DNA of 64,000 nucleotides from an uncultured Dehalococcoidaceae bacterium (GCA_964558675.1 CAZLEY010000005.1:1519-65518); one strand, 5' to 3'; counted from the stretch's first letter, positions 29,819 through 38,570 are shown. Notes: generated from the sequence alone by a model not told the origin. Numbers and translations: made by a program.

Positions 29819-30988
29819 CTACCGGGTTCCGAATCTGGCCACATCCTTTATAGCGCTGAAACCGCCGCCCCGGACACAGCCGGCCTTACAGGCGCACAGG
29901 TCCAGTCCGTGTTTTCTATAGATGCCTACTGCCTGCTCGTAGAGTGAAATCATCCTGTCAGCCCCCGGTGCCTCCATATCCTCATAGGCAGCGCCTATAG
30001 CCGGACTGTGCGGCACCAGAAATGTCATTACCCCGTGAGAGGCGGCTATTTCAACACCCTTCAGAATTGATTCGTCTTCTTCACCAATGCCGGCAACAGC
30101 CACGGTGAACACCTCATTATCACCAAATATCTCAAGGCATTTTTCCCAGGTGCTGATATACGTGGCTACGGGAATCTTGCCTTTCGCCGGCATCACCTCC
30201 TGACGGAGGCTCTCGTCAAAGCATTCAATGTTGCAGGAGACAGTGGTGACACCCGCCTGTCTCGCCTCCTTCAGGAGAGAATCAAGAAGGGAATAATCAT
30301 CAATTGGTTCAAACTCAAGCATGATGGGGATGTTTGCCCTTGATTGTATCAACTTAGCCGTCTCCGCCAGGTGTTCAAGTCCCTTGCCCTCGGTGTTCAG
30401 GGTGGCCGTTGTTAGAGACACGTGCTGTGCCACTCCTTCGTTAACCGCTGCCGCAACGGTATCAGCGATTTCTGGCAGGGCTTTCTCGATGTTTGCGTCC
30501 CACCAGTGCTGTATGGCGCAAAATCGGCATGCCTCGCCTGTCTGGTGATAGTAACAACGTTGGTTCACCACCGAGCGTAAGTGTCCCGGCCCCACGACCA
30601 CCGCCAGCTTGTGCCCGGGAATGCCGCTACCGGTAATGCTGTCATAAAATTCCGGACGCGGCAGCAATGTGATATCTGTGTACTTCTCGTCATCCTTCCA
30701 GACTTCATACCGGTTGGAGCCATTCCTGACCAGGTGAAAGGGTGATGCCGATACTCGTTTCCCGTTGACGATAAAAGCCGGGACCAGCTCGCCCTTATTT
30801 TCAGGCGATTCAAGGCATAAGACCATTCTCCCGGTTTTAATGGATGGGACATTGCACCTTGTTTCCAGTTCACCTGTCAGTTCCTGGGGAATTTTCACGC
30901 CTCTCGACTGTAGCTCGGCTTTTTTTCTGGCTAATGAATCTGACCTGTTCATAATATTGCTCTTAATTATATTAGTTGCTTGTGTCAC
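29819..30988 (-). CDS. radical-SAM-like TIM-barrel protein with atypical CX8CX2C motif, paralog 2
   Basis: 389 aa. GTG start 3 nt after the UbiA stop (alternative start Met13 at 30952). NQRCYYHQTGEACRFCAIQHWW. Collinear with 28630..29754 throughout. Confidence 0.55.
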   Translation of the reverse strand: MTQATNIIKSNIMNRSDSLARKKAELQSRGVKIPQELTGELETRCNVPSIKTGRMVLCLESPENKGELVPAFIVNGKRVSASPFHLVRNGSNRYEVWKDDEKYTDITLLPRPEFYDSITGSGIPGHKLAVVVGPGHLRSVVNQRCYYHQTGEACRFCAIQHWWDANIEKALPEIADTVAAAVNEGVAQHVSLTTATLNTEGKGLEHLAETAKLIQSRANIPIMLEFEPIDDYSLLDSLLKEARQAGVTTVSCNIECFDESLRQEVMPAKGKIPVATYISTWEKCLEIFGDNEVFTVAVAGIGEEDESILKGVEIAASHGVMTFLVPHSPAIGAAYEDMEAPGADRMISLYEQAVGIYRKHGLDLCACKAGCVRGGGFSAIKDVARFGTR

Positions 30989-30991
30989 TTT

Positions 30992-31975
30992 TTATATTTG
31001 AGCTAGAAAAATAGTCAGCAATATGGCTGCTGAAATTACCAGCCGGAATATTGTAAGGGCAGTGAAAGCCCTGAGTTCTTTACCCTTGTTCAGGGTGTCC
31101 TTATATAACCTCAACCCGCCAATCAGGGCGTAAGTACCGGCAGCTATCACCAGAATGAGGTAGAGAATGCCCAGAGGAGCTAAAAAGACCAGTAATATGC
31201 TTAGTATCAATGTCAGGCAGGTGAAAACTACTCCAATTTTCACGGCAGCTTGCGGCGAAGGCTTGAAGAAGAGCGCCGGCGGCGCCTTGATATCCGGCTT
31301 ATGCCCGGCATCTGGCATTATGTGCGTGGGATAATAAATCATGATATGGGCTGTCTGCCAGGCAACACCGAGGATATAAAGATACCAGGGGAGGAAACTG
31401 CTAAACAGTGTTTCCGGGGAGAACGCTGCCCAGCCCCCCAGGTAAATCAGCCCCACGATGGGCGGTAGTGATAGATAGCCGACCCTGTCGCGAAGGTAGA
31501 TAGAGTAAAAGCCGCCCAGGATAATCGCCAGAAGAAGAATAGAGAAAGTCAGCGGATTAAAAACCAGCCAGACTATAGCCAGGCTGATGGCAAACGATGC
31601 TATTACCACCAGTAAGGCTTCGCTGGGTCTTACTCTACCCGATGGTATGGCGCGGGTCGGCCAGATATGCCTGTCCCTCTCCCGGTCCATGTAATCGTTA
31701 AAGACATTGACGGCGCATGAGGCAAAGGCTACGGCCAAGAAGCCGAGGAGACACTCCGTGAGCGAAGGGTAGCCTCCCGATGCCAGTACGGCGGCGCTGG
31801 CAGCGTTTAGCGGTGTTAAAATAAAAAAGGCAGGCCGGATTATAGTCACAAAGCCTGACAGCCTGTACTTAAAGCTCGACGCATGCCGGACAGCAAGCCC
31901 CTGGCCTGAGCCGGTCAGCGTTAGGGCATCCTGGCGAACATTTGCTGGTGCACTTACTTTAATCGAATTCATCAT
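30992..31975 (-). CDS. UbiA-superfamily prenyltransferase, divergent
   Basis: Trimmed to MMNSIK... (ATG at 31975, overlapping the fixX TGA as TGATG). First Asp-rich motif NDYMDRERD. About 8 TM helices. The second Asp-rich motif is not evident. Confidence 0.7.
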   Translation of the reverse strand: MMNSIKVSAPANVRQDALTLTGSGQGLAVRHASSFKYRLSGFVTIIRPAFFILTPLNAASAAVLASGGYPSLTECLLGFLAVAFASCAVNVFNDYMDRERDRHIWPTRAIPSGRVRPSEALLVVIASFAISLAIVWLVFNPLTFSILLLAIILGGFYSIYLRDRVGYLSLPPIVGLIYLGGWAAFSPETLFSSFLPWYLYILGVAWQTAHIMIYYPTHIMPDAGHKPDIKAPPALFFKPSPQAAVKIGVVFTCLTLILSILLVFLAPLGILYLILVIAAGTYALIGGLRLYKDTLNKGKELRAFTALTIFRLVISAAILLTIFLAQI

Positions 31976-32244
31976 CAGAACCTGTAGCTGATGCCGTACC
32001 CGCCCATGGGGTATTCCCAGACTATCGCTCCCTGGTCGCAGATGATGCGGCAGGTTCCGCATTCCAGGCAACCTTCCCAGGAGAAGACGACATTGCCATC
32101 ATCATTCAGAGTATAGTTTTCCGCGGGGCATATATAGGTGCATAGTTTATGTGGGCACCGGCGGCATACTTCCTGGTCCACTTTTATATGCGGTTCATTG
32201 CCAACATGAAATAAGTTCAAGGCTAACTTATCGTCGGTCTTCAT
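31975..32244 (-). CDS. fixX: FixX-type ferredoxin-like protein
   Basis: Trimmed to MKTDDKLALNLFHV... (ATGA overlap with the fixC stop at 32241-32244). CRRCPHKLCTYICP...CLECGTCRIIC. Confidence 0.8.
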   Translation of the reverse strand: MKTDDKLALNLFHVGNEPHIKVDQEVCRRCPHKLCTYICPAENYTLNDDGNVVFSWEGCLECGTCRIICDQGAIVWEYPMGGYGISYRF

Positions 32245-33626
32245 ATAAAGGCTATCGCTCCCTTCAAACACTTCCAGAGGAAACTTACGGTTGGACACAT
32301 TCTAGAGATAAATCGTTGTAGTCTGTTGCGGCGTCTCAAGACGGCATTATCACGGGTATAATAATCACGCAGGTTCGCCCGGAATCTTTTGAGCATTCCG
32401 AATTCATGCCGGCGCTTGGGCATCTCATTCACGGCAAAATAGTCGGTGGCTATCTGGGTTATCGCGTCGAAGTAGCCATTGAAGAACTCGGGATACGCCT
32501 CGGCGAAGCGGTTCAGTTTCCGGTACCTTTTCAGGTCTTTCATGACAAAGCTTTCGCTTAAAAGCTTCTGATAGCGGGAAAGGCTTTTCTCAGAGTAATC
32601 GCCTTTCTTCCTGGCCTCAAGTACCGTCTTCGCCGCTGCCTCGCCGGAAGCCATGGCGAAGTTGGTACCCTCATAATGTATTGAGGCGTTGAGAAAACGG
32701 GCCGCATCGCCGGCGATAAGCAGTCCGCCGGTGTAATACTTCGGGGTGAAATCATAGCCACCGTCCGGGGCCAGGTGCGCCTGGTATTCCACGGTCTTGC
32801 CACCCTTGAGATAGTTCCTGACGAAAGGGTGCTCCTTGAAATGCTCCATTAGTTCCGTAGCTTTGTACCGGCCTGCCGTCAGGGGCTCAACGCTTATCCA
32901 GGTGACTACGGATAGAGTATCCAGGTTCGTATAGATATTGCCGCCGCCCCAGATACCTTTCGTGGCGTCGCCGGCTATGTATTTCAGTTCGACACCTTCG
33001 TTGCCGCTGAGGTTAAAGCGCTCCTCGATTACCTCACGGGGAAGCTCAATTACCTCTTTCATACCCAGAGATACCTGGCGCGGCCTGAACTCCTTCCTCA
33101 GGTCGGCTTTCCTAGCGAGGAGAGAATTGACGCCGTCAGCCGCAATAACGGCATCGGCATAGACTTCACCATCTTCTCCCCTGGCTTTCACGCCGACGAC
33201 CCTGTTGCCTTCCCACAGCAAATCATCAATCACCGTATCGGTGATAAGCATCGCCCCGGCTTCCCGGGCCTTCCGGGCATACCAGCTATCAAACTTGGAT
33301 CGGTATACGGTAAAGCTATTATTGTAGGGTGGCTGGTTGTTCTCCTCGCTCTCCACGCCGACAGACACCGCGTTATTCTCTGAGATGATGTATATTCTCA
33401 GTCCTTTAATATGGCGCTCTACGGGCGCTTCTTCCCAGAAGTTGGGTATGAGGCGGTTGAGGATGGGGGTGTAAAGGATGCCGCCGAAGACATTCTTGGC
33501 TCCGGGGTGCGCCCCACGCTCCACCAGCAGGACTTCCGCTCCTGCCCTGGCTAGGACGTAGGCGGCCGTTGTCCCGGCAGGACCGGCGCCAACAACGATG
33601 ACATCGAATTTTTCAGGGTTACCCAC
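32241..33626 (-). CDS. fixC: FixC-type FAD-dependent oxidoreductase (ETF:quinone oxidoreductase family)
   Basis: GTG start 3 nt after the upstream stop. FDVIVVGAGPAGTTAAYVLARAGAEVLLVERG..GAKNVFGG, ADGVNSLLARK and LIAGDAA. Collinear with E. coli FixC as far as I recall it. Confidence 0.85.
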   Translation of the reverse strand: MGNPEKFDVIVVGAGPAGTTAAYVLARAGAEVLLVERGAHPGAKNVFGGILYTPILNRLIPNFWEEAPVERHIKGLRIYIISENNAVSVGVESEENNQPPYNNSFTVYRSKFDSWYARKAREAGAMLITDTVIDDLLWEGNRVVGVKARGEDGEVYADAVIAADGVNSLLARKADLRKEFRPRQVSLGMKEVIELPREVIEERFNLSGNEGVELKYIAGDATKGIWGGGNIYTNLDTLSVVTWISVEPLTAGRYKATELMEHFKEHPFVRNYLKGGKTVEYQAHLAPDGGYDFTPKYYTGGLLIAGDAARFLNASIHYEGTNFAMASGEAAAKTVLEARKKGDYSEKSLSRYQKLLSESFVMKDLKRYRKLNRFAEAYPEFFNGYFDAITQIATDYFAVNEMPKRRHEFGMLKRFRANLRDYYTRDNAVLRRRNRLQRFISRMCPTVSFLWKCLKGAIAFI

Positions 33627-33628
33627 TT

Positions 33629-35875
33629 TTATGCAGCCTTCTTCTTGCGTATTTTGCCCTCTTGCCCGAAGGGAACCATGCCAATATCGCCTTCATACCC
33701 CTGCAACCTGTATGCCCCTCTCGGCAGGTCTTTCATGTCTTCCTTCTCCACCTTGTATATCTTGCACAGCAAGCAGGTGAGGTCGGGCGCGCCGTACATC
33801 GGGTCGAAGTGCTCATTGGAAGTAAGAACATCGGGACTGGATATGGTCAGTCCGTGGAGCGGAGCGGGTTCCTCGGGGTAGAAGCAGTTGCCTGTCGCCA
33901 TAACCACGCGGGGGTCAATGCCGGGGAACACCCGGGCTACCTGTCTGATGCGGCCCCTTGGTGATTCAATCCACATCCAGTCGCCATCCTTTATCCCATG
34001 CTTTTCGGCTGTATCGGGGTTGATTTGGGCAATCGGGTAAACCCCGAAGCTTCTCAGCCACGGTATGTTCCGGTATTGACTGAGGAAGTAGAACGGCTGA
34101 CGGTACCCACTGGTAAGGACGTAGGGGTATTCTTCGGCCAGTTCTGGTGTGGAAGAGGGACTTTCGCCTGGCTCGACGAAGTACGGCAGCGGGTCGTAAC
34201 CCAGACCTTGAAGGACTGTTGAATATAGCTCCAGCTTTCCGGTAGGGGTGGGGAAACCACCCCCCTGCCTCCAGTAGTCCGTCTTGTATTTATAGTAGAC
34301 CTGCTCCCTGCCTGTCCTGGCCACAACCGCCTTCTCGCTGAATTCCTTCCAGGTTATTTTCCCTTGCCTCAGTTGATAATCCAGCATCTCTTCCACGGTG
34401 TTCCAGGGCCAGTATTCAGGAGCCACCCGTTTACCTATCTCCAGAGCCACCTTGTTATCCGGCCAGGCCTCGCCCGGAGGCTCGACGCACTTGTTGATGG
34501 CTTCAATCATAAAGCGAGGGTGCATGTCAAAAATATCATCCATTTCCAGCCAGTGAGCTGCCGGCAGCACTATATCGGCGTGTTCTGCCTGCGGCCCCAT
34601 AAAATGGTCAAGCTGGACGAGGAAGAGGTCTTCCTTTTCGAAGGCTTTTATCACGTACCCTGTATTCGCCAGGTGGACTATCTGCTGCCCGGCTATGGCA
34701 ATCCACACCCTTATTCTATCGGGATGGTCTTCCACTATTTCCTTAATTACGGTATCGGAGTGGGAGGTGCGGGCAGCGCCCATTTTATATGTATCGCCAC
34801 CTCTTATTCTGTTCTTCATTTCGTCCGTTATGGGAATTTCAAAGATGAAGTCTTCCATCAGACCGGTATCCGGCAGTACCCAGCTCATCATGCTGCCCGG
34901 TCTTTCGATGTTGCCGGTTATCCCCAGTAAGTCAACTACGGCTCTCATGGTCTGGCCGCAGTTGGCCTGTCTTTCTATGGAACTGCCGACCTGAATAGTC
35001 CCCGGGGTATCTATGGCAAACAGGCGGGCGGCGTTTATGATTTTTTCCTCGGGAATCCAGGTAATTTCGGCCACTTTTTGTGGAGGGTACTCCTGTGCCC
35101 TTTCCTTTAGTTCGTCGAAACCGTATGTCCAGTTCTCGACAAACTCCTTGTCGTATATCCCCTCGTTGATGATGACATTCATCATGCCGAGGAGCAGGGC
35201 AGCGTCGGTGCCGGGTCTGATTTGCAGCCACTCCGTTGCCCTTGAGGTCATGGCGGTTGCCCTGGGGTCGATAACAATCAGATTCTTCACATGGTCCAGT
35301 GATTTCATGAAATAATACGCCATTTCACCGTCGGCACTGCTTATTTCCAGTTGCTTGGCCAGGACTATTTGCGTCTTGGGGTATTCCCCTCCCCAGCCGT
35401 GGTAGTCACAGTAAAGCCGGCCGTAGCCCGTTACCAGTCCGTATATACCCAGCCTCGGGCTGTGGCAGATATAGCCCGGGGTTATCGTGTTGCCGGAACC
35501 TATGGACCGGGCCAGACGGTGAATATAGCGGTTACAGCCCCGGCCGGTTCCCTGGGATACCGCTATGGTATGCGGACCGTATTTCTCCCTGGCTTCGTTT
35601 ATCTTTTGGGCAATGGTATCCAGCGCCTCGTCCCAGCTTATCCTCTGCCATTTCCCTTCACCTCTTTTACCAGTCCTTTTCAGGGGATATTTAAGCCGGT
35701 ACGGGTTGTTAATGTGCTGTAAGGACGATAGTCCCTTGGCGCACATCGTACCGCTGGTCGGGGTCTCCGGATTTCCTTCTACGTGAATAATAACGCCGTC
35801 CTCAACCGTAACCAGGACGCCGCAGCCGCCGTGGCAGCCTTTGCAGGTGGTCTTGACTATCTTCTTTTCACCCAT
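33629..35875 (-). CDS. bis-PGD molybdo/tungsto-enzyme catalytic subunit (PsrA/acetylene-hydratase-like clade), no Tat signal
   Basis: 748 aa. N-terminus MGEKKIVKTTCKGCHGGCGV...MCAKG. MMNVIINEGIYDKEFVENW block. C-terminal LLCKIYKV. GAGGAG ribosome-binding site. Confidence 0.9.
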   Translation of the reverse strand: MGEKKIVKTTCKGCHGGCGVLVTVEDGVIIHVEGNPETPTSGTMCAKGLSSLQHINNPYRLKYPLKRTGKRGEGKWQRISWDEALDTIAQKINEAREKYGPHTIAVSQGTGRGCNRYIHRLARSIGSGNTITPGYICHSPRLGIYGLVTGYGRLYCDYHGWGGEYPKTQIVLAKQLEISSADGEMAYYFMKSLDHVKNLIVIDPRATAMTSRATEWLQIRPGTDAALLLGMMNVIINEGIYDKEFVENWTYGFDELKERAQEYPPQKVAEITWIPEEKIINAARLFAIDTPGTIQVGSSIERQANCGQTMRAVVDLLGITGNIERPGSMMSWVLPDTGLMEDFIFEIPITDEMKNRIRGGDTYKMGAARTSHSDTVIKEIVEDHPDRIRVWIAIAGQQIVHLANTGYVIKAFEKEDLFLVQLDHFMGPQAEHADIVLPAAHWLEMDDIFDMHPRFMIEAINKCVEPPGEAWPDNKVALEIGKRVAPEYWPWNTVEEMLDYQLRQGKITWKEFSEKAVVARTGREQVYYKYKTDYWRQGGGFPTPTGKLELYSTVLQGLGYDPLPYFVEPGESPSSTPELAEEYPYVLTSGYRQPFYFLSQYRNIPWLRSFGVYPIAQINPDTAEKHGIKDGDWMWIESPRGRIRQVARVFPGIDPRVVMATGNCFYPEEPAPLHGLTISSPDVLTSNEHFDPMYGAPDLTCLLCKIYKVEKEDMKDLPRGAYRLQGYEGDIGMVPFGQEGKIRKKKAA

Positions 35876-35895
35876 TTAATAGCTCCTCAAAATCC

Positions 35896-36834
35896 TTAAT
35901 GGTAAGCAGATGTGGTCACCGGCAGTATCGGATTATGTATGCCGGCTTTCAGCAGGACATACTTGAGAGCGACCGCACCAAGTGTATGCAATACAACAGC
36001 GGTGATTAATAACGGAACCGAGGCTTCGCCGGCGAAGTAACTGGAAACTGATATGGCTAATGGTATGATGATGCCAAGGATAATGACGCCTACCCAGAAA
36101 GGTATGGCCAGTCTCCCTCTCACCAGGAGCATTGCCGAGTATTTAGCCGTCTTTGAGGTGTAAGTGGCATTCCAGAGATATACAATTATCAGTATGATGT
36201 TAGCAATCAACACAATACGGCTGCCGGTCTCGACGGCTGCGATATTTACAGAGGTATCCACCAGGCCGACGGCCAGCATCAGGGCAAACCCGTCAGCGAC
36301 GCCGGCGAGGAGCAGAATCAGGGGTAGCATGGCCGTATTCCAGAAGGGAATACTCCGGCAGTAGCTCATGATAAAACCGCTGTATATGCCCACGAGGAAG
36401 GCAGCTATGCCGCCCAGTACCCTGAACACGATATCCCAGGCGTCCCAGGCGGTACCGGGGAAGACATTTATAGCCAGGTAGGTAACAACAAGCTGTATAA
36501 AAACAATGCTGCCAAATAAAATGGTAAAAGTAATGCCCCGGGTAAACCAGGAAGTCTTCCAGGCATCGGTAAAGGGCGGTATTGTTCGCCAGAAACGGAG
36601 CGGCTTGCCGAAGTAAATAAGGTGCGGCGGCAATTTCAAGAACATGATGATAAGCCAGGCAACCAGCATGCCCCACCAGTTACTGTAAAATAACGAAATC
36701 AGGTAGAGGCCGGCACCAAGCGACGTAAATACCTCGGCAACCCAGACCAGTATACCCTTACGCTCTATCCATTCAGTCTGCGGGGTGGGTTTCACCATCC
36801 ACTCGTGGTTTACCATCCACTGACGTAATGCCAT
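35896..36834 (-). CDS. NrfD/PsrC-type integral membrane anchor subunit
   Basis: 312 aa with about 8 predicted TM helices. It lies between the FeS and catalytic subunit genes. Confidence 0.75.
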   Translation of the reverse strand: MALRQWMVNHEWMVKPTPQTEWIERKGILVWVAEVFTSLGAGLYLISLFYSNWWGMLVAWLIIMFLKLPPHLIYFGKPLRFWRTIPPFTDAWKTSWFTRGITFTILFGSIVFIQLVVTYLAINVFPGTAWDAWDIVFRVLGGIAAFLVGIYSGFIMSYCRSIPFWNTAMLPLILLLAGVADGFALMLAVGLVDTSVNIAAVETGSRIVLIANIILIIVYLWNATYTSKTAKYSAMLLVRGRLAIPFWVGVIILGIIIPLAISVSSYFAGEASVPLLITAVVLHTLGAVALKYVLLKAGIHNPILPVTTSAYH

Positions 36835-36836
36835 CT

Positions 36837-37496
36837 TCAGGCTCCTCTCCGTCCTTTATCGATGTAATATACTGAAGGGTCGGTATCATATTCGGGATGA
36901 AGCTGGAATCCTCTACTATTGCGTATAAGCTGCCTTACTTCGCTTTCAGGGTCGTCCAGGTCACCGAAGGTAAGTGCCCTGGCCGGGCAGGTATTGACGC
37001 AGGCAGGCGTGGCTTCACGGTCTACTCCCGGTTTTAGTCCCTTCGCCAGCCCGGCATCAATCCTTTCCATGCAGAAATTGCACTTCTCCGTCGTACCGAC
37101 AGTGTGGGGGTATAACCGCTTGCCGGCTTTTTCAAACTCAGTCAGTTCGTAGCCGGGGAAATATCCCGTATCCTTGTCCTTTGAGAGGAAAATCCTGTTC
37201 TGGTAAGGACAGGCGATTATGCAATATCGGCAGCCAACGCACTTGTCTTGGTCAACCCAGACTATCCCATCTTCTCGCTGTTGCGTGGCATTGGTAGGGC
37301 AGACCTTGACGCAGGGCGCATCCTTACAGTGGTTGCACCGCACCGGGTACGTCGTCATTTCTTCGGCTGTCTCTTCCCAGGCAATCAACCTTGACCAGGT
37401 TATGCCGAGAGGAAGGAAGTGCTCGACCCTGCAGGCGGCTACGCAGCCATGACACCTCATGCACTTGCTTAAGTCTATGACCATTCCCCATCTCAT
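36837..37496 (-). CDS. 4x[4Fe-4S] electron-transfer subunit (PsrB/DmsB/NrfC type)
   Basis: Four Cys clusters: CMRCHGCVAAC, CNHCKDAPCVKVCP, CVGCRYCIIACP and CNFC...CVNTCP. Confidence 0.9.
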   Translation of the reverse strand: MRWGMVIDLSKCMRCHGCVAACRVEHFLPLGITWSRLIAWEETAEEMTTYPVRCNHCKDAPCVKVCPTNATQQREDGIVWVDQDKCVGCRYCIIACPYQNRIFLSKDKDTGYFPGYELTEFEKAGKRLYPHTVGTTEKCNFCMERIDAGLAKGLKPGVDREATPACVNTCPARALTFGDLDDPESEVRQLIRNSRGFQLHPEYDTDPSVYYIDKGRRGA

Positions 37497-37620
37497 GTAC
37501 GTTTGTGTCCTTCCTTGACAATATGGTATATATTATGCATATGAACAATTAATTGAAAAGCAGAGCATCGATTTATATTTGTATGCGTAGTGAAATCCAT
37601 GAAATATGCGATAATAATTA

Positions 37621-37659
37621 ATGTGTAACTTATGTAACATAGTAACATCAGTTACACAT
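37621..37659. promoter_or_regulatory. inverted repeat ATGTGTAAC-N21-GTTACACAT with internal GTAAC(A) repeats in the divergent control region
   Basis: Perfect 9-bp arms. It lies between the molybdoenzyme operon start (37496) and the crp/fnr start (37828). Confidence 0.35.
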
Positions 37660-37749
37660 ATTGTCAATACCTTTTTTTAAAAAGTTTGGTATAATTACTT
37701 GGTATTAGGACGTTTTTTTAACTATCATGTATCGAATTTCAGCTTCGGT

Positions 37750-37790
37750 TTGACAAAACCGCTTAAGTTACTTACATTATGTCTTAAGCG
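37750..37790 (+). promoter_or_regulatory. putative crp/fnr promoter TTGACA-17-TACATT overlapped by inverted repeat CGCTTAAG-N15-CTTAAGCG
   Basis: TTGACA at 37750-37755. Inverted-repeat arms at 37760-37767 and 37783-37790, followed by GTTATGTGAAT, which recurs at 48256-48266. Confidence 0.4.
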
Positions 37791-37827
37791 TTATGTGAAT
37801 ATTTGCCCTTTATTAAGCTGATGTAAC

Positions 37828-38493
37828 ATGGCGGTTAATCTAAAAATACTGGCTAAAATGCAATACTTTGCTGGCCTTACTCCGGATGAGCTTGAGGAGG
37901 TCAGTAAGTATATCGCCTTTGAGAAAAGAATCGAGAAAGGGCAGACTCTACTGCTTGAAGGCGACCAGTCCGAATATATGTATTTGATAGCTTCCGGTGC
38001 GGTGAAAGTGTACAAAAGGTCAGCTAACAGAAAAGAACAGATTCTGAATATAGCTTCCACCGGGGAATCGCTTAACGATGTATCAACCTTTGATGGCGGC
38101 GCGTGCGCTATGGATATGCTAACGATGACTCCTGTACGTCTCTACGCCATAACCAAAAAAGATGTGAAGGCTCTCTTCACGGCATTTCCCAGGGTAGCTC
38201 TGAATGTGGCCGGAGTTCTGGCGGCTAAGGTCCGCCGTGATTCGTCTCTGGTGGAGGTACTATCATTTGACCAGGTTATCAGCCGTTTAGCTCGTCTGAT
38301 TCTTAAGCAATCCGATGCCGGACAGGGTCTGTTACCACATTTTACGCAGCAGGACCTGGCGGCCATGGTTGGTACCAGCCGGGTAGTGGTCAACAGGTCT
38401 CTGCGGGTTATGGAGGAGAAAGGGGCCATAAGGCTGGAGCGCCGCCGCATTGTTATTACCGATGAACAGGCTTTGAAGAATCTGGTAAGGTAA
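37828..38493 (+). CDS. Crp/Fnr-family transcriptional regulator
   Basis: N-terminal cNMP-binding-like beta-barrel and a C-terminal HTH (FTQQDLAAMVGTSRVVVNRSLRVMEEKGAI). No N-terminal FNR Cys cluster. Confidence 0.85.
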   Translation: MAVNLKILAKMQYFAGLTPDELEEVSKYIAFEKRIEKGQTLLLEGDQSEYMYLIASGAVKVYKRSANRKEQILNIASTGESLNDVSTFDGGACAMDMLTMTPVRLYAITKKDVKALFTAFPRVALNVAGVLAAKVRRDSSLVEVLSFDQVISRLARLILKQSDAGQGLLPHFTQQDLAAMVGTSRVVVNRSLRVMEEKGAIRLERRRIVITDEQALKNLVR

Positions 38494-38570
38494 TCTTCGC
38501 CGCCGTTCCCGGGTATATTTTATATTATATACATTTTATATACATTCTAAAAAAATAAGAGGAGGATTTC

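Noticed and set aside
33629-35875. Calling the catalytic subunit (and its paralogs at 22198 and 25270) acetylene hydratase.
   Set aside because: The overall similarity to that clade is only from memory. The residue following the second FS0 cysteine is His/His/Asn, not the catalytic Asp of acetylene hydratase. No specific function is assigned.
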